Positions 1-9,876 of a stretch of DNA of 64,000 nt are shown here, in pieces. The stretch comes from Patescibacteria group bacterium (GTDB taxonomy: Bacteria; Patescibacteriota; Patescibacteriia; UBA9934; GWF2-40-263). The position numbers and the translations under genes are program-made. Within the stretch, counting starts at the first letter, position 1. The number at the start of each line of letters is the position of its first letter. The notes under the pieces were generated by a model. The model was not told the DNA's origin. It made no database searches and worked only from the letters and a program-made list of their open reading frames with translations. The stretch lies in assembly GCA_041661745.1 (NCBI GenBank), contig JBAZTR010000004.1, positions 12,961-76,960 on the forward strand. Reading direction: 5' to 3'.

Positions 1-20
1 CTGGCCGAGCCGCTACGCCG

Positions 21-77
21 CGCGCTCGACCGACCCCACACTTTCATCACTGCGGTGGTGAGAGTATGGGGTTACAA
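21..77 (+). repeat. Hairpin-containing direct repeat, copy 1 (ccccacactttcatcac/gtggtgagagtatgggg stem-loop)
   Basis: About 55 nt is near-identical to 524..578. It contains an internal imperfect inverted repeat able to form a 16–17 bp hairpin. Confidence 0.7.
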
Positions 78-107
78 ATCCGAGCCCCCTCGTATGGAGA
101 TACTGCC

Positions 108-485
108 ATGACGACCCTTCAGAGAGTCTTGAATTCCCAGGAACAGGCCAATGAAGCCCGTCGAGAGTTGGCCGCGCAGATGATCGAGGACGTCCCTGCC
201 CGCCTCCGCCCCCTCCTCCAGGAGAGGTTGGGGCTCGAAGGACTCGAGAGCCGGCGATGGTTCCTCGGCCTGTTGGAAGGTGACGCACCGACCATGGGCG
301 TCAGTCTGTGCCAGGCCAAGCGGTTCGGCTGGGAGTCCCTCGCGGACCTCCGGACCGAGCTCCTCACCCTGAACCAGGCCTGGTACGAGGTCCTCGAGAT
401 CGAAGAGATCAAGATCTCGAGGCCGAACAACCCCAGGCGGAGCCACCTGAAGGTGATCTTCACGATCGCCCCCTGCCGCGACTAG
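108..485 (+). CDS. Hypothetical protein (GC-rich island gene); alternative start at 66 lies inside the hairpin repeat
   Basis: Six-frame ORF 66..485. The internal ATG at 108 is preceded by GGAG. GC is about 62%, far above the window background. There is a weak HhH-like stretch (SLCQAKRFGWESLADLRTELL). Confidence 0.45.
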   Translation: MTTLQRVLNSQEQANEARRELAAQMIEDVPARLRPLLQERLGLEGLESRRWFLGLLEGDAPTMGVSLCQAKRFGWESLADLRTELLTLNQAWYEVLEIEEIKISRPNNPRRSHLKVIFTIAPCRD

Positions 486-523
486 TTGTTCTCCGACCCT
501 CCTTCTCGGTCGAGCGCGCTCTG

Positions 524-578
524 TGCTCGACCGACCCCACACTTTCATCACTGCGGTGGTGAGAGTGTGGGGTTACAC
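524..578 (+). repeat. Hairpin-containing direct repeat, copy 2
   Basis: Near-identical to 21..77. The two copies bracket the GC-rich ORF that ends at 485. Confidence 0.7.
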
Positions 579-625
579 AATTTGTCCATTCCTTCCCCGG
601 AGTTCCAAGTGGAAACCATTCTCAA

Positions 626-971
626 TATGCTCGGCCAGCTGGTCGGTATGGTCCTCTGTGTAATGATCATGTCCGTGGGCTTCATGATGATCCTCGGCGT
701 GGCCCCGGCCAAGACCATCGCGTTCTGGAAAAGGCACGTATTCCGCCCCCTGTGGCGACTCGTGACCTGGCCGTTCCGCTGGCTCGCAAACGAGATCTGG
801 AAACAGACCAAACGCGGCGCCAAGGCCGGCGCCAACGCGACCGGCCGCGGTGCCTGGTGGGTCGTCCGCCAGGCGGCCATCCTGGTCGGCCGCGGCCTCG
901 CCTGGGCGTGGCGAGAGCTCGACTATCGAGCCCGCCGCGCCTATCATGGCCGCAACTACCACCGTCCTTAG
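626..971 (+). CDS. Small hydrophobic membrane protein (GC-rich island gene)
   Basis: ORF 486..971 begins inside the repeat. The first Met after the repeat is at 626 (MLGQLVGMVLCVMIMSVGFMMILGV…), giving one or two TM helices. It is GC-rich. Confidence 0.4.
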
Positions 972-1048
972 GCCGAACTCGCTTCTCGAGCTCGGCCGCC
1001 CATCCTCGCGCATAATTTATTTGTGCACGAAGAGGAGAAATAAAAAAT

Positions 1049-1070
1049 CGCCTTCGCCCGGCGGTTTTTT
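1049..1070 (+). terminator. Putative intrinsic terminator (cgcc-ttcgccc-ggcg + T6)
   Basis: Short GC stem followed by tttttt, directly downstream of ORF 626..971. Confidence 0.35.
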
Positions 1071-1097
1071 GTTTGTTGATTAGTGTTCTTACCTCAC

Positions 1098-1140
1098 CCC
1101 TTCTCCCCTCTCCTTCGTAAGGAGAGGGGTTGGGGGGATC
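1098..1140. repeat. C/G-tract palindromic element (PE-C family): cccctctcc-ttcgtaa-ggagagggg
   Basis: Perfect 9-bp inverted repeat flanked by cctcacccc / ggttgggggg. The same family recurs at least 12 more times in the window. Confidence 0.8.
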
Positions 1141-1912
1141 ATCTCTTCTCACTCATATATCCGTTTGATCCCTCCCACGCCACATTAAATAATTGTCTAA
1201 TGGTATTTGCGAGGTCCACACTGGTAATAACAATGCCGATCATCTTTTCTTGAAACGAATACATGAACACATTATTTCCACGCACCGAGATGTCACCCTT
1301 CAAAGGAAACTTGTCGGTTGGGATCAAACGAACCTCGCCGCCGGGCAAGCTTGGCACCTTAGAAAAATCAGGTTCGTTCATGACCGCTAAAACACGATAC
1401 GAAACTTTATGTTCGCGAAGTGAATCAAGATGCTTAGCGCGATACTGAAAAAAAGAACGCAGTTGATCAACTTCATCAATATTAACAACTTGGATAAACT
1501 CGCCTTCAGTTTCTTCAAAAACTTTCATAACCGAAGCCACACCTTCGAAACCCTCCAGGTATCTAATCTGTGGCTTGTCGCCTTCGATGTTGTGAATGGC
1601 TAAAAGTTTTGGCATGACGGCCGACAGCTCGCGTTCTTTTTCTTCCAATTCCCTTTTCTGCAGGCGAAGAAGTGATAATAATTTATCCGGCGATTCGGCG
1701 GCAAAACGATTGCGTCCATCTTTAATAAAAGAACTGATCAGCCCGCGCTTAATCAGTCCATTGATAATCAAATAAGTTGTCGCCCGATTGACGTTGGATT
1801 TTTCGGAAATGTCTTGAATCGACGACAGACCTAATTGCAACGCTGCCAAATAAACAGCTGCTTCTTTATCAGAAAACCCAAAGTTTATTAGCTCTTTGGC
1901 AGCATATTCCAT
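1139..1912 (-). CDS. TrmB-family transcriptional regulator (sugar-responsive wHTH)
   Basis: N-terminal wHTH motif EAAVYLAALQLGLSSIQDISEKSNVNRATTYLIINGLIKRGLI plus a TrmB-like C-terminal domain. 257 aa. Confidence 0.7.
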   Translation of the reverse strand: MEYAAKELINFGFSDKEAAVYLAALQLGLSSIQDISEKSNVNRATTYLIINGLIKRGLISSFIKDGRNRFAAESPDKLLSLLRLQKRELEEKERELSAVMPKLLAIHNIEGDKPQIRYLEGFEGVASVMKVFEETEGEFIQVVNIDEVDQLRSFFQYRAKHLDSLREHKVSYRVLAVMNEPDFSKVPSLPGGEVRLIPTDKFPLKGDISVRGNNVFMYSFQEKMIGIVITSVDLANTIRQLFNVAWEGSNGYMSEKR

Positions 1913-2985
1913 AAAGCTTCCCAGGTCTGTTTAACGGTTTTGTCCCATGAAAATTGTTTGACGCACGCCAGTCCCTTGGTTGAAAGATTGTCCAAGATGC
2001 CGGGCTCGCGAGCGGTGCGTGTTAGAGCGGCGGCCCACTGATCAGGGGCCATGGGTGGCACGAATTCCGCAGCCTCGCACATGACTTCGCGATGGGCCGG
2101 AATATTAGAGGCAATAACCGGCGTGCCCGAGGCAGCCGCTTCGAGTGGGGTTAAACCAAAACCTTCGTACCAACTTGGCGCCAGCAAAGCGCGAGCCCCG
2201 CCGACAAGAGCCGGCAAATCTTCGCGCGGCACAAAATCGAGCCACGAAATATAATCGGTATATGGCGATAGCGCCGCGGCTTTTTTAACTTCCTCACCGC
2301 GCCAACCAAGTCGACCGGCAAAAACTAAACGCATGGGATCGCCAAAACCCATGTTTTTTTTGAAGTCGTTAAAAGCCGGGACAAGCATGGCCGGATTTTT
2401 TTTAGCTTCAACACGGCCGACAAATAAAAAATAATTTTTGTATCCAAGACGATACTTATTTAAAACCGGCTCTAAGGCTTCCCGCCCGGCCTGGACAAAA
2501 AGTTTATCAGCCGCCAACGGAATGACAATTACTTTTTCCGGCTTGGCGTGAAAAAAATTAATGAGTTCGTTTTTGGTAAATTCACTCGGAGTAAAAATAA
2601 CATCAGCCCGTTTTACTGCCCGGCGCGTGGCGATATTTTGCCGACCAACCTCGGCATGGTGATACAAATCAGGACGGCTGCGAAAACCAACGTCGTGAAT
2701 AGTTGTGGCAACCTTAACTTTTTTTGGAATAAAAAACGGCAAACCTTGGCCAGGCACAAAAAATACGTTCGGCGGCCGGCGCCACAATTCCCAAGTAACC
2801 CGAAATTGCATCCAACCTCTTTTTAACGACCAACGAAGCGTGGAAAGATTATAAAGACGAAGTTCAACTTCGCCACCCATAATCGACAATTCCTTAAAAC
2901 CATCAACCATTTGCTTGGCGTATTCTTCCACGCCAGTGCGTTGTGGCTTTTCGGCTGATGATGAATCGATGGCGATTGTTATCAT
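1888..2985 (-). CDS. Glycosyltransferase family 4 (GT1-fold, group 1)
   Basis: C-terminal EGFGLTPLEAAASGTPVIAS motif typical of GT4 retaining glycosyltransferases. The track ORF extends to 3033, but the first 16 codons translate the upstream palindromic element. Met at 2985 (MITIAID…) is preferred. Confidence 0.75.
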   Translation of the reverse strand: MITIAIDSSSAEKPQRTGVEEYAKQMVDGFKELSIMGGEVELRLYNLSTLRWSLKRGWMQFRVTWELWRRPPNVFFVPGQGLPFFIPKKVKVATTIHDVGFRSRPDLYHHAEVGRQNIATRRAVKRADVIFTPSEFTKNELINFFHAKPEKVIVIPLAADKLFVQAGREALEPVLNKYRLGYKNYFLFVGRVEAKKNPAMLVPAFNDFKKNMGFGDPMRLVFAGRLGWRGEEVKKAAALSPYTDYISWLDFVPREDLPALVGGARALLAPSWYEGFGLTPLEAAASGTPVIASNIPAHREVMCEAAEFVPPMAPDQWAAALTRTAREPGILDNLSTKGLACVKQFSWDKTVKQTWEALWNMLPKS

Positions 2986-2993
2986 ATTTTTAG

Positions 2994-3072
2994 GTTTGAG
3001 TATGTAGTATGTAGTGGGTAGGCAATAGATCAAACTGAAACTTTTGCCTACATGCTACCTACTACATACTAC
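2994..3072. repeat. Palindromic element PE-Y (gtatgtagtatgtagtgggtaggcaatagatc … gcctacatgctacctactacatac)
   Basis: About 80-bp imperfect palindrome. Five copies in the window: 2994, 7645, 24395, 28241 and 34063. All lie immediately 5' of minus-strand gene starts. Confidence 0.85.
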
Positions 3073-3084
3073 CAACTACCGCCG

Positions 3085-4095
3085 CTAATTAGTAAAAATA
3101 CTTCGCTTGTAAGCCTCAAGGTTCTCCAAAGCTACACCAGTGCCCTTAGCCACACACAACTGCGGATCCTCGGCCACATAAACCGGCACGCCGGTGGCTT
3201 CGGAAATCAAACGATCTAAATTGCGAAGCTGGGCCGTACCACCGGAAAGGACAATACCCTTTTCCATAACATCGGCCGACAATTCCGGCGGGGTTTTGTG
3301 TAAAACCTCTTTTACCGTGGCTAAAATGCCTTCGAGTTCGTTTTGAATAGCTTCGGTTACGTCGTCGGAGGTGACCTCGATAATTTTAGGCAAGCCGGTT
3401 ACCATGTCGCGCCCTTTAATTTCCATGACTAATTTTTCTGGCAAATACATGGCTGAACCAATGCGGATTTTAATATCTTCCGAAGTTCGCTCACCAATAG
3501 CCAGACCATACTTACGGCGAACAAATTCAGAAATGGCCGCATCAAATTTAACCCCGCCAATTCTAATTGATTCGGATGAGACAATACCACCTAAGGATAA
3601 GACCGCCATTTCAGAAGTTCCGCCACCAATATCAATAATCATGTGACCAGATGGCGAACCAATGGGAATATTGGCACCAATGGCCGCGACAATCGGTTCC
3701 TTAATAACATAGGCGGCGCGGGCCCCGGCCGCCAAAGTGGCGTCAATAACCGCGCGACGTTCGACCGAAGTAATTCCCCCAGGCACGGCCACCATAACTT
3801 CAGGCCGAAAAATACGAACACCACCGACAGCTTTGTTAATAAAATAACGGAGCATGGCCTCGGTGGTGTGATAATCGGCGATAACGCCGTCCTTAAGCGG
3901 ACGACGAGCAATAATTGTGTCCGGCGTACGGCCAATCATTTCTTTAGCTTCACGACCAACCGCCAAAACTTTTTTATCGACTTTAGAAACTGCCACTACT
4001 GATGGCTCATTGATAATAACGCCTCGTTTAGGCAAGTAAACGAGGACAGTGGTGGTTCCAAGGTCAATTCCGATTTTCTTTATAAACATACTCAA
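3085..4095 (-). CDS. mreB: Rod shape-determining protein MreB (actin-like ATPase)
   Basis: IGIDLGTTTV… N-terminus and full-length actin/Hsp70 fold motifs (DIGGGTSE, GIVLSGGTAQL). 336 aa. Confidence 0.9.
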   Translation of the reverse strand: MSMFIKKIGIDLGTTTVLVYLPKRGVIINEPSVVAVSKVDKKVLAVGREAKEMIGRTPDTIIARRPLKDGVIADYHTTEAMLRYFINKAVGGVRIFRPEVMVAVPGGITSVERRAVIDATLAAGARAAYVIKEPIVAAIGANIPIGSPSGHMIIDIGGGTSEMAVLSLGGIVSSESIRIGGVKFDAAISEFVRRKYGLAIGERTSEDIKIRIGSAMYLPEKLVMEIKGRDMVTGLPKIIEVTSDDVTEAIQNELEGILATVKEVLHKTPPELSADVMEKGIVLSGGTAQLRNLDRLISEATGVPVYVAEDPQLCVAKGTGVALENLEAYKRSIFTN

Positions 4096-4154
4096 TCATT
4101 TCCCCCTTGTTACGCCGAAGTCGAGCTTAGCTCGACAAATCCAGCTAAGCTGGA

Positions 4155-6170
4155 TCAAAAACCGACTTCAATGTTCAAGTCTTTAGCCAAGCCAAACGCT
4201 CCAGTGTAATTATCGTCACCCCAAAAATCAGTCAGTTCAGCCGGCGTGGCAGACATCACCTTCTTATCAAAATCCAAGGTCGTGGTCAAACCGTATTCAG
4301 CCGCGCCCAGTTGTTTTACAACATTTAAAGAATAATGACCGGAAGCAACCATGGTTGTAATTGAATCAGGTAGATAATATTCAAAAGACAGGCGACCACT
4401 TTCGCCGGGTTCGATGGAAATAAACGCGCCAAAAACCGTTAAATCAAGTTCTTGACCAACATCAACCGCACCGGCCGCGCCGGAAGGATTTTTTAATTTA
4501 TCATTAGCTAGCATTCCTAAACCGCTAATGAATTGGCTGCCCTTAGGAACATAAACCCGAGTGTAGGTTCGATACCGCGTAGTTTTCCAATCAAAGACTC
4601 CTTGATGTTCGTACTTAATGGTTACCTTGCCGATAAAACGACCGTCGCCGCTTGGTTTAATCGAATAAGAAATATCACGCAATACTTCAGGATCGGTTTT
4701 TAACGCGGCCAAGTTGGCATCAATTACCATTAAGAAATCACCATCAGATTTTTCTACCACTCCGCCCCAGCCGGCGTTACGAATAATTTCTTCAGTCTCA
4801 AGGGAAGAATTGGAAAAAAGAGCAATTTGCTTGTCGGATAAATTTTTCTCAACAGCCGAAACCACCGGCCCCCAGGCAGAAAACGGTAAGTCAAAAATTT
4901 TACCTTTCATTTCATTAAACAACGAAGTGATAATATCCTTGCGCTGTGCGTACGGCACGCCTGATTCTTGAAAACCGATTTCCACTTGATATTCGAGAGT
5001 GTCGGTAATGTTATCGGCGGAAAAAGTTTGATTACCAACAACAATCGGACCGGTGATTTTAAGCAAATCAGCGACAAAAGTTGGGGTGATGCCAATAACC
5101 CCATCAAAAGAAATCGGTTCTTGCACGGCGTTTCTTTGTTCGGATGGAATGGATAAAACTTCGGCCGTAAACATGCTAATGGCATTTCTGGCGGAAACGG
5201 AAAAATCAGGCGACCAATTGCTGTCGCGGAAAAACCATTTATTAGCTCCCAAATATTTTTTAAGCGGGGTTGGCGGTTCAAGTGAATAATAGGGATTAGC
5301 CGCCTCGTCTAAAAGATAAGAATCTTTAAGTTCAAGTTCGCGAATTTCGCCATCCTCAACCCGCAAAATTCCGTAAGTCCCGATAAATCCGCCGGCCGGT
5401 CGCATTTCCGTATTGTTTTCAAGAAGTAAGAGGAAATTCTTTTCTTCGCCCAAACCGGTAAAAGCCGGAATAATTCGCGCGGCCGTGGCCGCTAAAAACA
5501 AACCGTCGTAAACCTGATCTAAAGTATTTTCGATTTTTCGAACAACCGTGCCCATGGGCTCCGGGACATCGCCCAAATCATCAATATTATTTTTAATCAA
5601 ACCGGCTTTTTCCGCGACCAAAGCTAAATCGGGGGCCGCGCCGTTAATTCGTTGTAAAACAATTCGTTTAACTGTCGGCGACATATCGTCGTACTGAAGC
5701 GGTAAAAATTCGCCAACCTCACCGGTGACATTTTCGGTTTCGCCAATGAGTCGGGTAATATCCGCCCCCAAATCGGCAATGTCATCAACTAAAGCAAAAA
5801 GATCTGATGATGAATCTAAAAGAGTTTCAGCAGCCACCACCTGCTCGCCAACCCATGGTAAAAATTTAAGCCAGGCAATACGTTTAAAAGAGCGGTCGGC
5901 TTTGACAAAAGCGATTTCGGCCGCATCAAGAGAAACTTTAGCCTCATCAAAAGAAAAAACCTCAACAGCATCCTTGGCTTCATACAAACGATCACGGCCG
6001 TCTAATAAAGATGTGACCACCAACCCGGCATTAACCGCTGTCCAAATCGCCGTTAAACCAATTAAAAGAGATAATAAAAATAAACCGACCTTAAAAAACC
6101 GGCGGCGCGTGATTTTCTTTTTTTCCAAAGGCGGAGCGTAATGCGCTAAAAATTCGGAATCATGACTCAT
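4155..6170 (-). CDS. Large N-terminally membrane-anchored extracytoplasmic protein (DUF4012-like)
   Basis: 671 aa with a single N-terminal TM helix after a basic stretch, then a long extracellular region. It sits in a cell-wall glycosylation neighbourhood (GT4, MreB, GT2). The family call is tentative. Confidence 0.4.
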   Translation of the reverse strand: MSHDSEFLAHYAPPLEKKKITRRRFFKVGLFLLSLLIGLTAIWTAVNAGLVVTSLLDGRDRLYEAKDAVEVFSFDEAKVSLDAAEIAFVKADRSFKRIAWLKFLPWVGEQVVAAETLLDSSSDLFALVDDIADLGADITRLIGETENVTGEVGEFLPLQYDDMSPTVKRIVLQRINGAAPDLALVAEKAGLIKNNIDDLGDVPEPMGTVVRKIENTLDQVYDGLFLAATAARIIPAFTGLGEEKNFLLLLENNTEMRPAGGFIGTYGILRVEDGEIRELELKDSYLLDEAANPYYSLEPPTPLKKYLGANKWFFRDSNWSPDFSVSARNAISMFTAEVLSIPSEQRNAVQEPISFDGVIGITPTFVADLLKITGPIVVGNQTFSADNITDTLEYQVEIGFQESGVPYAQRKDIITSLFNEMKGKIFDLPFSAWGPVVSAVEKNLSDKQIALFSNSSLETEEIIRNAGWGGVVEKSDGDFLMVIDANLAALKTDPEVLRDISYSIKPSGDGRFIGKVTIKYEHQGVFDWKTTRYRTYTRVYVPKGSQFISGLGMLANDKLKNPSGAAGAVDVGQELDLTVFGAFISIEPGESGRLSFEYYLPDSITTMVASGHYSLNVVKQLGAAEYGLTTTLDFDKKVMSATPAELTDFWGDDNYTGAFGLAKDLNIEVGF

Positions 6171-6196
6171 AATTCCCTACCTGACATCTTACCATT

Positions 6197-7246
6197 TTAC
6201 CTAAACCATTGGCTAATACTCCGACGCGGGACTTTGCGTCGCAACAAAATTTCCCGGCGCTTGCGCCACATTATTGGCAAGCCAGCAAAAAATTGCCAAA
6301 TAGCTCGAATGTTAGTGGGCTCAAAAAAACAAACGTAAACAAAGCGCAGCGCTTCGGCCGGCTTAATCCAGATCCCGGCCAAAAGCCAATCAACAAAACT
6401 CATGTTTTTGATGAGCAACCACCAGTGGTTGCGGGTGGAATAAAAACTGCGCATTTTGGATTTTCGCCGACGATTGCGAATGCGTTCAAAAAAGCTGGCC
6501 CGCTCCTTGCCATACATACCGCGAGCATGATGAGCCACGGCCTCGGGAACAAAACGCGCTTCCCAGCCAAGACTTTGAAAACGCCAGGCCAAATCAATAT
6601 CTTCTTTGTAAGCAAAAAAATCTTCGTCAAAATATTCGCTTTCGGACATTTTAACATCCTCCAAAGCCGAAGCTCGATAAAAACCAAAACCGGCACAAAC
6701 ACCAAAAACTTCACGAGCCGCGTCAAACTGCCCTTGGTCAAGTTCCCCGCCGCCGCGTTCGTAGAACCAGCGATACTTGTTGCCGCGAAGCCCGGTGGTG
6801 TCGATAACATCGGAATTAGTGTGTTCGCGTAAAACTTCGTCAGTACCGTTATCTTGAAACGAACGCAAAAGTTTTGGGGTAAAACTGGCGGCTTCGGGAT
6901 GAGCTTCGGCTTCTTTAATCAGTTCTTCTAAACAGTTTGGCCGAAAAACAATATCGGGATTAATGGTAACGCAATAACAGTGACTTAAATCTTCGCCCTC
7001 CCAATGCTTTATGGCGTACTTAATAGCCTGATTATGAGCCGCACCAAAACCGAGATTACGAACATTCCTAACGATCGTGACCGTGGGATATTTTTCACGC
7101 AACCATTTTTCCACGCCGTCACTTGAGCCGTTATCAACCACGCGTACGACAAAATCTTTGTAGGTTTGTTTTTCAATTGATTCAAAAAGATCCGGCAAAT
7201 CGGACATGCTGTTCCAGGCGACGATGTGAAGGGAGATTTTGGGCAT
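6197..7246 (-). CDS. Glycosyltransferase family 2
   Basis: N-terminal VVDNGSSDG / NLGFGAAHNQ GT-A fold (DXD-type) motifs. 349 aa. Confidence 0.75.
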   Translation of the reverse strand: MPKISLHIVAWNSMSDLPDLFESIEKQTYKDFVVRVVDNGSSDGVEKWLREKYPTVTIVRNVRNLGFGAAHNQAIKYAIKHWEGEDLSHCYCVTINPDIVFRPNCLEELIKEAEAHPEAASFTPKLLRSFQDNGTDEVLREHTNSDVIDTTGLRGNKYRWFYERGGGELDQGQFDAAREVFGVCAGFGFYRASALEDVKMSESEYFDEDFFAYKEDIDLAWRFQSLGWEARFVPEAVAHHARGMYGKERASFFERIRNRRRKSKMRSFYSTRNHWWLLIKNMSFVDWLLAGIWIKPAEALRFVYVCFFEPTNIRAIWQFFAGLPIMWRKRREILLRRKVPRRSISQWFR

Positions 7247-7308
7247 AATTGCCCTTTCACTTTAAAACAAAAACGGGGTTTATTCAACCCCGTTTATTCT
7301 TTATGTTT

Positions 7309-7638
7309 TTACCTAGAAAGTAACGCTACCATCAAAAACATCATAGCTCCAATTAAGACAAACCAGGCCACGGTCATACCCAAAAACCACAAGCCTTCCT
7401 TCTTTTTATTATCCAAATACAAAAGAATCGGTTTCAAGAAAAACAAAATACCCATCATTGCCGTCGAGAGAACAAGAATCATTAGAATAAAAGCCATCAT
7501 CAAAAAATCTGGGACCGAGACGCCAAAGTTGCCAAAAAAGTCTTCGCTGGAAAGCGTCAGGGTGAGGATAACGATATAAGCAACTGCCCCGGCGGCATGA
7601 TAAAACGGATAAAGGATATTTTTGTAGAAATTTTTCAT
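7309..7638 (-). CDS. Small integral membrane protein (3 TM)
   Basis: Hydrophobic 110-aa ORF. The first 6 codons of the track ORF (to 7656) translate the PE-Y element, so Met at 7638 is preferred. Confidence 0.5.
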   Translation of the reverse strand: MKNFYKNILYPFYHAAGAVAYIVILTLTLSSEDFFGNFGVSVPDFLMMAFILMILVLSTAMMGILFFLKPILLYLDNKKKEGLWFLGMTVAWFVLIGAMMFLMVALLSR

Positions 7639-7644
7639 ATTTTT

Positions 7645-7726
7645 GGGTTTGAGCATGTAGTAGGTAGTATGTAGGCAAAAGTTCCCGATTAGATCTATTG
7701 CCTACCCACTACATACTACATACTAA
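7645..7726. repeat. Palindromic element PE-Y (reverse orientation)
   Basis: Reverse complement of the 2994 copy: tagtaggtagtatgtaggcaaaagtt…gatctattgcctacccactacatactacatac. Confidence 0.85.
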
Positions 7727-7731
7727 GCAAA

Positions 7732-8208
7732 CTAGTTAATAATCCAAATAGTCCAGTTCAAAAACGCCGCAAAGCTAACCCAAAGAATGTAGGGGACAAG
7801 AAGGTATACGGCCGGACGCGAAACTTTCCAAAACACCACCATAGTCGCCACAATCGAAACCCACAAGGCAATGATTTCCAAAAAGGCCGCGCCGGGATTC
7901 TGTAGGCCAAAGAAAATAATTGACCACAAGACATTCAAAATCATTTGAGCCGCGAAAATCTTTAAGGCAAACTTTACATCTTTCTTTTTCCAACCCTTTT
8001 GCCACACCAAATACGCGGCAATACCCATAAGGGCAAAAAGAATCGTCCAAACCGGACCAAAAAGCCAATTGGGCGGTTGAAACCACGGCTTGTTTAATGT
8101 GGTGTACCAGGTAGTAATGGCCGGCGCAGTGAAAAACGAGCCAAGAATGCCGGCCGCTTCGACGGCAATAATGGCCAAAACGAGATGAAGAAAATTTTTT
8201 GTTTTCAT
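7732..8208 (-). CDS. tspO: TspO/MBR family tryptophan-rich sensory protein
   Basis: Conserved TspO signature (WYTTLNKPWFQPPNWLFGPVWTILFALMGIAAYLVW) across five TM helices. 158 aa. Confidence 0.8.
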   Translation of the reverse strand: MKTKNFLHLVLAIIAVEAAGILGSFFTAPAITTWYTTLNKPWFQPPNWLFGPVWTILFALMGIAAYLVWQKGWKKKDVKFALKIFAAQMILNVLWSIIFFGLQNPGAAFLEIIALWVSIVATMVVFWKVSRPAVYLLVPYILWVSFAAFLNWTIWIIN

Positions 8209-8837
8209 ATTTTTTTATTTTTATAGCTAACGGCTTGCCACAAAATTATTGTACTTAAAAGGGCGGCAAAGAAACACCATACCGAAGTTAAAGCTTCTCT
8301 AAATATTATAATCGTTACCAACAAACTTAAAAAGGCCAAACCGCCAAAGAGTTGAATTTTTTTGTGCGATGACATTAACAAACTGCCGCAGGTAACCAAA
8401 ACATAAATAACCAAACCATAATCCAAAAGAGGAATAGCTACTTGGTAAACAATTCTACTGTCATTCAAACAAACGGTAAGCGGCTCGGTGACCATAAAGA
8501 AAAGACCGTAAACCGCGGCCGCGGCGCCGAGCAAAGTGAAAAAACGCAAAGCTTGTTTTTTAAGTTTATCCGGTTCGATCCAGCCAACTAAAGCGGGAAT
8601 CGCCACTAACCAAAACAGGAAAGCGAAAAATAAAAAACCGTAACCCAAAATCATGCTCAGTTCGCTTGGTCTTGGCGTTAGCCACTGGAACCCTTCAATG
8701 GCTTGTTGAATGGAGAAAGCCAGGGGAATCGTGGCCAGCCAACGCATCTTTTTGTCTTTAGCTCTCATGACTGTGGCCACCCCGGTCACGGCCAATGCGG
8801 CACTCGCCGCAAAGCTTGCCTCTGGAGAAAAACACAT
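8205..8837 (-). CDS. Integral membrane protein (about 6 TM), unknown function
   Basis: Hydrophobicity pattern. It overlaps the tspO start by 4 nt, suggesting an operon. Confidence 0.5.
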   Translation of the reverse strand: MCFSPEASFAASAALAVTGVATVMRAKDKKMRWLATIPLAFSIQQAIEGFQWLTPRPSELSMILGYGFLFFAFLFWLVAIPALVGWIEPDKLKKQALRFFTLLGAAAAVYGLFFMVTEPLTVCLNDSRIVYQVAIPLLDYGLVIYVLVTCGSLLMSSHKKIQLFGGLAFLSLLVTIIIFREALTSVWCFFAALLSTIILWQAVSYKNKKI

Positions 8838-8839
8838 AA

Positions 8840-9793
8840 TTATAAATCAGGCTGATCGAAAACACTGAAACCATAAATAGTTGAACCTTCTGAAAAATCA
8901 GTAAGCATGAAGGAAAGATAGAAGGTGCTAGCTTGTTTTTCAAACCTTACCTGATATTCAACATAGTAAAAATCCATGACCTGACTAATCTTAGGCTCGC
9001 CAAAAGAAACCAAATTTCCCAAATCGGCTTTTTTATCAATCATGGGACTGACCGCGTTCATGGCCATCAAATCAGCCCCGCAATATTTACAAAAATTATC
9101 GTAATCATCGTTATTGTAGGCGGCAAACATTTCTTTTACTTTGGGATCAATGAAAGCAATGATTTCGGCCTCTTGTTTTTCCACCGGTGTATAAGTTTGG
9201 CCGGCAAACAACAAGGCACTAAGGATCAAAGCAATAATTGAAAGAACAACTCCCAAAATTCCGGTAATCTTCAAATTTCTCTTTTTGGTTCTAATCAAAT
9301 AAACGCTCAAGATAAAAAGAATTATCAGGAAGATTCGGGTATAAATAAAATTTTCCGAATAATTCGGCGAACTCATGCCAAAAACTAATAAAAAGAAAAC
9401 AGAAAAACCAGATAAAATAAAACCAACTAATCTTTTCCAACTTTGTTTTGTTTTACCCCAAAAAATTCCATTCACCAACACAAAAGACAAAATGATTGGG
9501 AAAACGATCATGAAAACTTTTTCCGCCTCAGCACTCAAAAAAATACCATTCTTTTGTTCGGCAGCTACGGCAAAAACCATGAAAGCTGTCAGAAGCATAG
9601 TGACAAACGACAAGACACTGAAAATCTTTACATCCTTCATGACGATGATCGTAAAAAGTAGCATGAATATTGGGAAGGCAATGAACGCCCCCAATAAATC
9701 TTTTTGAGAAAAATACATGGCAGCAAAACAGAACGCCAAAAGCCCGGCCAGGTAAACCCCTGCCCAAAGAATATTTTTTTGATAGGTTTTCAT
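8840..9793 (-). CDS. Integral membrane protein with C-terminal soluble domain, unknown function
   Basis: 317 aa. The N-terminal 200 aa are multi-TM and the C-terminal about 110 aa are hydrophilic. Confidence 0.5.
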   Translation of the reverse strand: MKTYQKNILWAGVYLAGLLAFCFAAMYFSQKDLLGAFIAFPIFMLLFTIIVMKDVKIFSVLSFVTMLLTAFMVFAVAAEQKNGIFLSAEAEKVFMIVFPIILSFVLVNGIFWGKTKQSWKRLVGFILSGFSVFFLLVFGMSSPNYSENFIYTRIFLIILFILSVYLIRTKKRNLKITGILGVVLSIIALILSALLFAGQTYTPVEKQEAEIIAFIDPKVKEMFAAYNNDDYDNFCKYCGADLMAMNAVSPMIDKKADLGNLVSFGEPKISQVMDFYYVEYQVRFEKQASTFYLSFMLTDFSEGSTIYGFSVFDQPDL

Positions 9794-9876
9794 ATTGTGT
9801 GTATTTTATCAAATTTAACCAAAATAAAAAAGACGGAGGGTTATCCGTCATTTTTATTAAAGGCTTTTATTTACTT

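Noticed and set aside
2985-3033. N-terminal extensions of track ORFs that read through palindromic elements (1888..3033, 7309..7656, 10599..11123, 28342..28959, 19001..19720, 37659..38456, 45920..47017)
   Set aside because: The extended segments translate repeat, promoter or island sequence. In 19001.. the ATG lies upstream of the predicted transcription start. Downstream in-frame Met codons matching ortholog N-termini were chosen instead.
3371-4002. Short ORFs antisense to mreB, gyrB, the histidine kinase and pil genes in the track
   Set aside because: They are embedded in well-supported genes on the opposite strand and have no independent signals.
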